Below are positions 1-8,454 of a stretch of 64,000 bases of DNA, piece after piece (positions within the stretch are counted from its first letter, which is position 1; every line of letters begins with the position of its first letter). The translations under genes were made by a program, and so were the position numbers. This DNA comes from an uncultured Muribaculaceae bacterium. GTDB taxonomy: Bacteria; Bacillota_I; Bacilli_A; RF39; UBA660. The DNA lies in NCBI GenBank assembly GCA_964370755.1, contig CAYJKL010000001.1, positions 9,046 to 73,045 on the forward strand. The letters are read 5' to 3'. The notes beneath the pieces are model-generated. The model was not told the origin of the DNA. It saw nothing but the letters and a program-made list of their open reading frames with translations, and did not search any database.

Positions 1-1229
1 GCTTCATCTAAATCAAACTCTATATAACCCCTTGATACTTTTTCTGCTCTTAATATTTTAGCTAGTTCATTCATTTTAAGTAAGTAAGGAGCATATTCTT
101 CATAACCTTCTGGAGTTGTATTTTCCATAAGTATTTTATTTACTTCTTTATAAGTCATCTTTTTCTTTGATTTAATATATGACTCTTTAATTTCGTAATC
201 TACTACTTTACCTTTTTTATTAATTTCCATGAAACAACTAAGTGTTAATCTTATTACTTCTGGGTTAAGTGAACATATACCATTTGATAATTGATGAGGT
301 ATCATTGGTATTACTGTATCTGCTAAATATGAAGATGTTCCTCTTGAGTAAGCTGTTTCATATAAAGCACTTCCTATTTTAACATAATTTGTAACATCTG
401 CAATATGTACTCCTAATACATAGTTTCCATTTTTTTCCTCAATACTTATCGCATCATCAATATCTTTTGTATCTGCACCGTCTATAGTGAATATCATTTT
501 GTCGGTTAAATCTAGTCTACCTTTTAAATCTTTTTCTTCAACTTCTTTTGGAATAGTTTCTAGTTCTGCTATAACTTCTTCACTAAAATCAATTTCAATT
601 CCATGTTTACATGCAATAGATACAATATCAACACCTGGATCATTTTTATGACCTAGTATTCTAACTACTTCTGCGATATAGTGTGTTGTATTAACTTTTT
701 TTACTACATCTACCAATACTTTATGACCTTCTACGCAACCTTCAGTTGATTCTCTAGTTAAAGTTATATGTATATTTATTTTTTTGTCATCTGGCACGAA
801 AAATAATTTTTGTTTTTTGAAAGTTATTTCTCCTACGATTTTATTTAAGTCTCTTTTTAAAACTTTAATAACTTTTCCCTCTTTTTTACCATGATAAGTA
901 TATACATCTACTAAAACATAATCGTTTTCAATAGCACCATTTAGATTTTCTTTATATATATATATATCATGCTCTCCGCCGTAATCTAAAAATCCATTAC
1001 CTGCTCTGTTTACTTTTATTTTTCCAGTTTTAAGTGAACTACAAAATTTAAGTAATAAATACTCATCATTTTTAGTTTCGTGGATTAAACCATTTTCAAC
1101 CATATCTTTAATAACTTTAGTTAACTCTTTATATTCTTCTACTGTTTTAAGTCCTAATAAATTATTTATTTCCATTAAACTTTTCGCTTTGTTTACATTA
1201 TCTAGCGATACTAAAATTTGTTCTTGCAT
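1..1229 (-). CDS. rnr: Ribonuclease R (3'-5' exoribonuclease), N-terminal ~410 codons; the C-terminus lies beyond the left edge
   Basis: Absent from the ORF track because it runs off the window. My translation from ATG at 1229..1227 gives MQEQILVSLDNVNKAKSLMEINNLLGLKTVEEYKEL..., then the RNB-domain signature FTIDGADTKDIDDAISIE and SRGTSSYLADTVIPMIPHQLSNGICSLNP. AAAGGAGAA RBS just upstream. Confidence 0.85.
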   Translation of the reverse strand, partial: MQEQILVSLDNVNKAKSLMEINNLLGLKTVEEYKELTKVIKDMVENGLIHETKNDEYLLLKFCSSLKTGKIKVNRAGNGFLDYGGEHDIYIYKENLNGAIENDYVLVDVYTYHGKKEGKVIKVLKRDLNKIVGEITFKKQKLFFVPDDKKINIHITLTRESTEGCVEGHKVLVDVVKKVNTTHYIAEVVRILGHKNDPGVDIVSIACKHGIEIDFSEEVIAELETIPKEVEEKDLKGRLDLTDKMIFTIDGADTKDIDDAISIEEKNGNYVLGVHIADVTNYVKIGSALYETAYSRGTSSYLADTVIPMIPHQLSNGICSLNPEVIRLTLSCFMEINKKGKVVDYEIKESYIKSKKKMTYKEVNKILMENTTPEGYEEYAPYLLKMNELAKILRAEKVSRGYIEFDLDE

Positions 1230-1244
1230 TTTATTTTCTCCTTT

Positions 1245-1610
1245 TTATTCTGTATAAGTACATATTTTTTCATTTTCTTTCCACTCGATTACTATATCTC
1301 CAGTTAAAGATTTTGTGCTGTCGTTTGGATTTTCCAAATTTTCATCTAGTAGTCCCGCTCCAACTATATTTTCTACTGGTATATCTGTAATCTGACAATT
1401 ACTTTTATCAAGACAACGTTCATCTCTTAAGTTATTTGTCTCGGCATAAGTGCATGCAGCATTTTCTATTGTTTCTTTGTATATACTATATTGCTCTTCT
1501 TTTTGCGCATTCATAGACTTTATTATTCCCAGAGTAACTGATGTTGTTATTACCCCTAAAAGTAGTATACATACTAAAAGTTCAACTAGTGTAAATCCAT
1601 TTTTTTTCAT
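1245..1610 (-). CDS. Prepilin-type N-terminal cleavage/methylation domain protein (ComGC-like pseudopilin / type IV pilin-like)
   Basis: From the internal Met the ORF reads MKKNG|FTLVELLVCILLLGVITTSV: a short basic leader, Gly, then FTLVE and a hydrophobic helix, which is the class III signal peptide. I chose the start at 1610 rather than the tracked 1637 so the leader has normal length. It lies 15 nt upstream of rnr on the same strand. Confidence 0.7.
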   Translation of the reverse strand: MKKNGFTLVELLVCILLLGVITTSVTLGIIKSMNAQKEEQYSIYKETIENAACTYAETNNLRDERCLDKSNCQITDIPVENIVGAGLLDENLENPNDSTKSLTGDIVIEWKENEKICTYTE

Positions 1611-1705
1611 TATCATCACATAACCATTATAACACACATATTAACATATTGTTATTTATTTTAATAAAAATTTATGATATTATACTTAAGAAAGGAAAGA
1701 TTAAA

Positions 1706-3337
1706 ATGACAAATAAAGAATATTCTGATGTTTTGATGCCAAATGTGGAGCATGATGCACAGTATTATGAAAACTTATATAAAGAAAGATATTTAAGTGA
1801 AGATGCTATAGTTTCAAGATTTGGACCTAGTCCAACAGGACATATGCATATAGGGAATTTTTATAGTGCATTTGTTGCTAATACATTTCCAGCTCAAACT
1901 GGGGGCGTATCTTTTTTAAGACTTGAAGATACTGATCAAAAAAGAGAAATGGAAAATTCCCTTGGTAATATTCAAGAACAACTTAAAGAACTAAATTTAA
2001 TATTTGATGAAAGTAATGAAAACGGTGGAAACTATGGACCTTATCAACAATCTCTTAGAAAAGATATTTATCACGCCTTTGCTAAAAAAATGATTGAAGA
2101 AGATCTTGCTTATCCTTGTTTTTGTACACAAGATGATATAAATCACATTAGAGAAGATCAAGAATCAAAAAAAGCAAGACTTGGGTATTACGGTAAATAT
2201 GCTAAATGTAGATACATTTCAAAAGAGGATGCTATTAAAAACATAGAAGATGGTAAGTCTTTTATAATTAGATTAAAATCTCCTGGTTCTTTTTACAATA
2301 AAGTTGTCCTAAATGATTGTATTCGAGGTAAAATTGAAATGCCTGAAAATGATGTTGATGAAGTGTTAATTAAATCTGACGGACTTCCAACTTATCACTT
2401 TGCTCATGTTGTAGATGACCATTTAATGGGAACTACACATGTTGTTAGAGGAGATGAATGGGTATCAAGTTATCCTAAGCATGATCAAATGTTTAAAATG
2501 TTAGGATTTAAACTTCCTAATTTTGCACACATTTCTCCTATAAATATTAAAGATGGAGAATCTACTCGTAAATTATCAAAAAGAAAAGATGCTTGGGCAG
2601 CAATAAGTTATTATAATGAAAAAGGAATACCTAATGAAGTTATTAAACTTTACTTATCAACACTTTTTAATTCTAATTTTGAAGAATGGTATAACTCTGT
2701 TTCAGATTTAACTTATCATAACTTTAAATTTAGTTTTGATAAAATGCCAATAAGTGGTCCGTTATTTGATATTGAAAAACTTAATAATATTTCAAAAACT
2801 TATTTTAGTAGATTAACTGCGGAAGAAATTTATGAAAATTTATTAGTTTATACAAAAAAATATGATGAACAGTTTAATAATATAATTAGCAACAATAAAG
2901 ATTATGTTATTAACATGCTTAATATAGAAAGAGATGTTCCTAAACCAAGAAAAGATATATCAGCTTATAGTGATATTAAGAATATATATTGGTTTATGTT
3001 TGATGAATACTTTAGTGAAAACACTGATGAGTACGAAGAAGTAACAAATGTTACTAAAGAAAATTTAGAAAATTATTTTACAAAAGTGTATAGCGCTGAT
3101 GATTCTCAAGAAAATTGGTTTACAAATTTAGCAGAATATGCTGATAGTATTGGTTTTACTAAAGATAGAAAAGCGTATAAAGCTGATCCTGAATCTTTTA
3201 AAGGTACAACTGCTGATTTTTGTAAAATTATCAGAATAATAATAACTAAGAAAAACTTAAGTCCAAATTTATACGATATTATCAAATTACTTGGAAAAGA
3301 AAATTTATTAAAAAGAATTAATCAATACTTTGATTAG
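1706..3337 (+). CDS. gltX: Glutamyl-tRNA synthetase
   Basis: Class I aaRS motifs are present: SRFGPSPTGHMHIGNF (HIGH) and KLSKRK (KMSKS). I chose the start at ATG 1706 (MTNKEYSD), which is preceded by AAAGGAAAG. Confidence 0.9.
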   Translation: MTNKEYSDVLMPNVEHDAQYYENLYKERYLSEDAIVSRFGPSPTGHMHIGNFYSAFVANTFPAQTGGVSFLRLEDTDQKREMENSLGNIQEQLKELNLIFDESNENGGNYGPYQQSLRKDIYHAFAKKMIEEDLAYPCFCTQDDINHIREDQESKKARLGYYGKYAKCRYISKEDAIKNIEDGKSFIIRLKSPGSFYNKVVLNDCIRGKIEMPENDVDEVLIKSDGLPTYHFAHVVDDHLMGTTHVVRGDEWVSSYPKHDQMFKMLGFKLPNFAHISPINIKDGESTRKLSKRKDAWAAISYYNEKGIPNEVIKLYLSTLFNSNFEEWYNSVSDLTYHNFKFSFDKMPISGPLFDIEKLNNISKTYFSRLTAEEIYENLLVYTKKYDEQFNNIISNNKDYVINMLNIERDVPKPRKDISAYSDIKNIYWFMFDEYFSENTDEYEEVTNVTKENLENYFTKVYSADDSQENWFTNLAEYADSIGFTKDRKAYKADPESFKGTTADFCKIIRIIITKKNLSPNLYDIIKLLGKENLLKRINQYFD

Positions 3338-3350
3338 TTTTTTTTTGCAC

Positions 3351-3374
3351 AAAAAAAGGTGTTTTAAACACCTT
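3351..3374 (-). terminator. Intrinsic terminator of secG (hairpin AAGGTGTT-TTAA-AACACCTT followed by a T-run on the minus strand); may also act on convergent gltX
   Basis: The inverted repeat at 3356-3374 overlaps the secG stop codon. The A7 run at 3351-3357 reads as a T-run on the minus strand. Confidence 0.5.
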
Positions 3375-3588
3375 GTAAAAATAAGATTAGTGAAATCAGA
3401 ACAAATAATACTCCAAGTACTAATGTTAGTCTTGAGATAAATAACTCAAAACCTCTTTCTTTCATATTTTGAAATAATGCATCATTTCCACCAGTAATAA
3501 CTTGACCAGCATCACTTGCTTTTCCACTTTGTAGTAAAACTACTGCAATTAGTAGTACTGATACTACAACTAATATAGTTTCTAACAT
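3364..3588 (-). CDS. secG: Preprotein translocase subunit SecG
   Basis: 74-aa two-TM protein. [34 protein letters not shown] matches the SecG N-terminal signature. Confidence 0.85.
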   Translation of the reverse strand: MLETILVVVSVLLIAVVLLQSGKASDAGQVITGGNDALFQNMKERGFELFISRLTLVLGVLFVLISLILFLQGV

Positions 3589-5552
3589 TATTTTTCACCT
3601 TCTTCTTTTTTTGTTTCTTTTTTATTTTCTTTAACTTCTTTTATTTCTTTAGTTTCTTTAACTTCTTCTTGTTTTTCTAATTCTTCTTCAATCTTATTGA
3701 AGTCTGGAATAGATTCAGTTTTAACTATCTCTTCGATTTGTTCTTTAGTTAAAGTTTCATATCTAATTAAAGCGTCTCTTAAAAGTTCAATTAACTTTTT
3801 ATTTGCTTTAATTATTTTTTTAGATTCTTCGTAACACTCTTCAATAATTTTTCTTGTTTCTTTATCTATTTCATGTGCTACTTGATCTGATATATTTCTA
3901 GATTTAGCATAATCTCTACCTAAGAATACACCTTCACTTTTATGTTCATATTGCATTGGACCTAAATCACTCATACCATATTCTGCTACCATACTTCTAG
4001 CGATAGCAGTTGCTCTTTTAAAGTCATCTGATGCTCCTGTTGAAATTTCATTTAAGAACATTTCTTCAGCAACACGCCCACCAAGTAATCCGATAATTTG
4101 TGCTAATAACTCAGTTTTAGTAGTTACTGCCATTTTTTCTTCTTTAGGAAGCATCATTGTATAACCACCTGCCATACCTCTTGGTATGATAGTTATTTTA
4201 TGAACGTCATTTGCATCTTCTAGTTTAATTCCTATTACCGCATGTCCAGCTTCATGTATCGCAACAAGATTTTTTTCTTTTGGAGTAATTTGTCTAGTTG
4301 TTTTTGCAGGACCAAGTAATACTCTATCTGTTGCTTCATCTATTTCTGCCATTGTTATAGCTTTTTTATTTCTTCTAACTGTTAATAGCGCTGCCTCATT
4401 AAGTAAGTTTTCTAAATCTGCTCCACTAAATCCTGGCGTTCTTAAACTTAAGAAATCAAGTTTAACTTCTTTATCCAATATTTTGTTTTCAGCGTGTACT
4501 TTAAGGATAGCTTCTCTTTCTTTAGCATCTGGAAGTGATACTGTTACTTGTCTATCAAATCTTCCTGGTCTTAAAAGCGCTGGGTCAAGTACATCCGGTC
4601 TATTTGTTGCAGCTATTATGATTATTCCTTCATTAGCTCCAAATCCGTCCATTTCAGTAAGTAACTGATTTAATGTTTGTTCTCTTTCGTCATGTCCACC
4701 ACCTAGACCTGTTCCTCTTTGTCTACCAACAGCATCTATTTCATCAATGAATATTAAACATGGTGCGTTTTTCTTTGCTTCTTTAAACATATCTCTTACA
4801 CGAGATGCTCCTACACCAACAAATAATTCAACGAAGTCAGATCCACTTATATAATAAAATGGTACATTGGCTTCTCCAGCTATTGCTTTAGCAAGTAATG
4901 TTTTACCAGTTCCCGGAGGACCTACTAATAACACACCTTTTGGAATTCTAGCTCCAAGTTTTTGGAATTTTTTTGGACTTTTTAAAAAATCAATCAATTC
5001 TTCAACTTCTTCTTTTTCTTCTTTAAGTCCTGCTACATCTTTAAAATTCTTTTTATCAGTATCATTTGTAAGTTTAGCTCTACTTTTTCCGAAGTCAACT
5101 CCAGATTTATTTGAAGATGCTATTTTAGTAAAGATATAATATGTTGCACCAATTATTAAGAATAATGGTAATAAATTTACTATTACATATAATAACATTG
5201 AACTTCCCGGATCAGCATTAGTTTCATATTCATCAATTTTATTATCATTTGCGTATGTAACTATTGTTTCTTTATCTTCATCTAAAACTTTAGCTTCAAA
5301 ACTTTCAGTTTCTTTGTAATCTTCTAACTTACCAGTTATATAGTAAACACCTTCTCCACTATTAGGTGTAATTGTTACTTCAGTAACATTTTTGCTTTTA
5401 ATTTCACTCATAAGCTCACCTGTTGTTAAATTGTGAACAGTTGCTCCTCCAAAATTAACAAGTATTACTATAATTAAAATTACTGCACCTAATACTAAAT
5501 AAGGTAAATTTGGTTTTATATTCTTATTTTTTGTATTTTTCTTTGTATTCAT
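3588..5552 (-). CDS. ftsH: ATP-dependent zinc metalloprotease FtsH
   Basis: Walker [17 protein letters not shown] second region of homology, and Zn site HEAGHAV. I chose the start at MNTKKN (5552), which is preceded by AAGGGAGA. Confidence 0.95.
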   Translation of the reverse strand: MNTKKNTKNKNIKPNLPYLVLGAVILIIVILVNFGGATVHNLTTGELMSEIKSKNVTEVTITPNSGEGVYYITGKLEDYKETESFEAKVLDEDKETIVTYANDNKIDEYETNADPGSSMLLYVIVNLLPLFLIIGATYYIFTKIASSNKSGVDFGKSRAKLTNDTDKKNFKDVAGLKEEKEEVEELIDFLKSPKKFQKLGARIPKGVLLVGPPGTGKTLLAKAIAGEANVPFYYISGSDFVELFVGVGASRVRDMFKEAKKNAPCLIFIDEIDAVGRQRGTGLGGGHDEREQTLNQLLTEMDGFGANEGIIIIAATNRPDVLDPALLRPGRFDRQVTVSLPDAKEREAILKVHAENKILDKEVKLDFLSLRTPGFSGADLENLLNEAALLTVRRNKKAITMAEIDEATDRVLLGPAKTTRQITPKEKNLVAIHEAGHAVIGIKLEDANDVHKITIIPRGMAGGYTMMLPKEEKMAVTTKTELLAQIIGLLGGRVAEEMFLNEISTGASDDFKRATAIARSMVAEYGMSDLGPMQYEHKSEGVFLGRDYAKSRNISDQVAHEIDKETRKIIEECYEESKKIIKANKKLIELLRDALIRYETLTKEQIEEIVKTESIPDFNKIEEELEKQEEVKETKEIKEVKENKKETKKEEGEK

Positions 5553-5576
5553 ATTTGTTCTCCCTTGCATTTTTTA

Positions 5577-6530
5577 TTATATCACATTTTTAGAATTTGT
5601 GATAAAAAATTCTTTATTTTTCTTAATTCCTTTATAACCATTTGGCAAATCAATACTTCCTTTACCTTCTGTACTATAAATTAATTTATTTATTTCATTT
5701 ATTATATTATCGTTAACTGGAAAATAATCTTTTTCTTGAAGATTCAATATTATCTTTTCAATTACTCTATTTCTAATAAAATTTTCTTCATCCTTAAATG
5801 TTACTAAGTTAATTTTATTATCCTTTATTATGTTTTTGCTATCAATATATTTTTTAACAAATGTATCATATTCATTTAATTTTTCACTAAATACTAAGTA
5901 TTTATTATGAATATTTTCATGTTCCTCTTTTAAAGAAGGTAATATTTTTTTTCTATATCTATTTCTAGTGTAATCTTCTGATTCATTAGATTTATCAATA
6001 AAATATTTTATACTATTATTTTTATTATACTCAAGTATCTGTTCTTTATTTATGTATATTAAAGGTTTTATAACGTTATAAGATTCGAATGTTTCGATAA
6101 CGCTAAATCCTTTATAACCAGAAATATTTGATCCTCTTGTAATCCTCATAAGAACAGTTTCTACTAAATCATCACCGTGATGAGCTGTCATTATTGTGCT
6201 AGCTTTGTATTTTTCTTGTAAAGTTTTTAAAAAGTTTTGCCTTTTTTTACTAGCATCCGCTTGAAAGTTATCTTTAAACTCTAAATTTGTTAATAATTCA
6301 AAGATTATATTATTTTTCTCAGCAAAATTTTCAACATACTTTTCTTCTTCTTCTGACTCTTCTCTTTTTTTATGATTTACGTGAGCACAAACTATGTTAA
6401 GATTTTTACTATCTTTATACTCTAATACTAAAGACAGTAAACACATTGAATCTGGTCCGCCACTGCAAGATACAATTACTGTACTATCTTGTTTTAATTC
6501 TTTTTCTAATAATTTTTTTACTTTTTCCAT
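5577..6530 (-). CDS. tilS: tRNA(Ile)-lysidine synthetase
   Basis: PP-loop motif VSCSGGPDSM near the N-terminus. ATG at 6530 with AAGG five nt upstream; the tracked GTG at 6536 overlaps the prfB stop. Confidence 0.85.
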   Translation of the reverse strand: MEKVKKLLEKELKQDSTVIVSCSGGPDSMCLLSLVLEYKDSKNLNIVCAHVNHKKREESEEEEKYVENFAEKNNIIFELLTNLEFKDNFQADASKKRQNFLKTLQEKYKASTIMTAHHGDDLVETVLMRITRGSNISGYKGFSVIETFESYNVIKPLIYINKEQILEYNKNNSIKYFIDKSNESEDYTRNRYRKKILPSLKEEHENIHNKYLVFSEKLNEYDTFVKKYIDSKNIIKDNKINLVTFKDEENFIRNRVIEKIILNLQEKDYFPVNDNIINEINKLIYSTEGKGSIDLPNGYKGIKKNKEFFITNSKNVI

Positions 6531-6532
6531 TT

Positions 6533-7565
6533 TCACCTTATATTTTTTAGATTATATTCTAAAATTTCTTTTATAAAACCACTTAATACTTTATCTGGGT
6601 CATGTGTCTCAAAATTTGTACGGTGGTCTTTGACTAATTTATATGGTTCTAAAAAATAACTTCTTATTTGTGAACCAAAATTTATACTTGAATTATCTTT
6701 CATACTGTTTTCTAATTCTTCTTGTTTTTTTCTTTCTACTTCATATATTTTACTTTTCAGTATTTTTAGGGCAACCTCTTTGTTTTTTAGTTGACTTCTT
6801 TCATTTTGACATGTAACTACTATTTTACTTGGTAAATGTGTAATTCTTACTGCTGAATTTGTTGTATTTACTGATTGTCCTCCAGCACCTGATGAATGAT
6901 ATACATCTATTTTTAAATCTTCTTCTCTAATCTCAATGTTAATATCATTATCTAGTTCTGGTGTGACTGATACTGATGCAAATGATGTGTGTCTTCTTTT
7001 ATTTGAATCAAATGGACTAATTCTTACTAATCTGTGAACTCCTGATTCATTTTTTAAGTAGCCGTATGCATATGGACCTTTAACTTTTATGATAGCGCTT
7101 TTTATTCCTGCTTCTTCACCACTTGCTATATATATTACTTCATAAGACATGTTATTTTTGTCACAATATGACATATACATATCTTTTAACATTGAAGCCC
7201 AATCACACGATTCTGTTCCGCCTGCTCCTGGATGTATCTCTAGGTAACAGTTGTTATTATCATATTCTTTATTTAATAAAGTTTCTATTTCTTTAGATTC
7301 TAGTTTACACAATACTTCATTATATATGCTTTCATTTTCTTCTTCTTTTAATATTTCGATAGTTATTTCTAATTCTTCATATAAGTTTATAGTTTTTTCT
7401 ATAATTGAAATATCTTGATATATTTTATTTGCTTTATCTGGATTATCCCAAAATGTTGGATTATTACTTTCCTCTTTTAATTTAGTTAAAAGATTTTTTT
7501 TATTATCAAGGTCAAAGTAACCCCCGAATTGAAGTTAATCTTTCTTCAAGTTCTTTTATATTCAT
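6533..7565 (-). CDS. prfB: Peptide chain release factor 2, expressed through a programmed +1 ribosomal frameshift
   Basis: The tracked ORF 6533-7312 carries the RF2 core (SPF-like RISPFDSNKRRHTSFASV, GGQ in [11 protein letters not shown]). My translation from ATG 7565 gives MNIKELEERLTSIRGLL then TGA. Shifting +1 at CTT TGA C continues as DLDNKKNLLTKLKEESNNPTFWDNPDKANKIYQ... into the tracked frame (7513-7312 = 201 nt, in frame). Confidence 0.9.
7511..7526 (-). promoter_or_regulatory. prfB +1 frameshift site: CGG GGG TTA CTT TGA C (internal SD-like GGGGG, slippery CTT, in-frame UGA followed by C)
   Basis: Read directly on the minus strand. It has the same architecture as the classical RF2 autoregulatory site (AGG GGG TAT CTT TGA C in E. 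coli). Confidence 0.85.
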
Positions 7566-7688
7566 TTGAATCACCGTTTATATTGTACTATGAAACTTAT
7601 TCTTTATCTAGCATTTTTTAAAATTTTCATTTTGTTTTCACAATATATAGTAAATATTAAAAAAATAATGCAAATTTTGCATTACTTT

Positions 7689-8411
7689 TTACATATCTTT
7701 TAAATTTGATTTTCTTACTCTAGCGATTCCCATGTTTAAATCTTCAATAGTTTTAACTTTTGCATTATATCTTCTGTAAATTTGTTCTATTACATCTCTT
7801 AAATATAACGATGCAAAGCTATATTGTTTTATTATATCTTCATATAAATTTCCTTTGTAATCTAAGTTATCAAACATTGGCACTTGAACAAAGTTTTCAT
7901 GTATTATTTTAGCTATCTCTATTTGATTATCTTTTTTTATCATTTCCAGACTATCATTAGTTTTTAGATCTTTGATACATTCTCCAATATTATATATTCT
8001 TCCGATTTTTGATGGTATATAAATCATCTTTTCAGGATTTAGAGTTTGTATCTTAACACAAAAATTTGATATTGTATCTACTTCTTCTTCAAACGCCTGT
8101 AGTGCGTACCATAAATTTTCTATAAGTAAATCTCCTGGTAAATTATTTAATTTATGAGTTATCATAATATCTAGTAATACATCTAATTGTTCTGGTTCTA
8201 ATGATTGAATGTTATCAAAATTTTCTAAATTTGCCGAGTAGAGACCGCTTTGATACATAGAATCATCTTGTTGTTCTGACATTAATCTAAATTTATTTTG
8301 TGATTTTTGGTAGTGTTTTCCATAATCTTCGGCGGTACTAAATCTTGTTGGAACCATCCCCCCATGAAATATTTTTTTCCTAGACGATCTTCGTTGGTCT
8401 CCCGTTTCCAT
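7689..8411 (-). CDS. Hypothetical protein (240 aa), no family recognised
   Basis: Long ORF on the same strand as its neighbours, lying between secA and prfB. No motif I can name. Confidence 0.45.
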   Translation of the reverse strand: METGDQRRSSRKKIFHGGMVPTRFSTAEDYGKHYQKSQNKFRLMSEQQDDSMYQSGLYSANLENFDNIQSLEPEQLDVLLDIMITHKLNNLPGDLLIENLWYALQAFEEEVDTISNFCVKIQTLNPEKMIYIPSKIGRIYNIGECIKDLKTNDSLEMIKKDNQIEIAKIIHENFVQVPMFDNLDYKGNLYEDIIKQYSFASLYLRDVIEQIYRRYNAKVKTIEDLNMGIARVRKSNLKDM

Positions 8412-8454
8412 AGTGTCCTCCTACTACTTTATTATTATTGTTTGACTTAAAATA

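Noticed and set aside
1649-1705. Upstream in-frame extensions of tracked ORFs (gltX 1649, ftsH 5570, murA 22958, rpmE 19192, response regulator 15920, gyrB 45313, gyrA 47257, tadA 51196, dnaX 51678, dut 62988)
   Set aside because: In each case an internal ATG is preceded by a good Shine-Dalgarno sequence and gives the conserved N-terminus. The tadA extension would also overlap the SRP RNA and its terminator.
4483-5139. Tracked plus-strand ORFs (61 and 90 aa) antisense to ftsH
   Set aside because: These are shadow ORFs fully inside a confidently identified gene, with a Ser/Leu/Pro-rich low-complexity translation. The same applies to the antisense ORFs within tilS, secA, murA, prfA, rpoE, mnmE, yidC, noc, gyrA, recF, mfd and dnaX.
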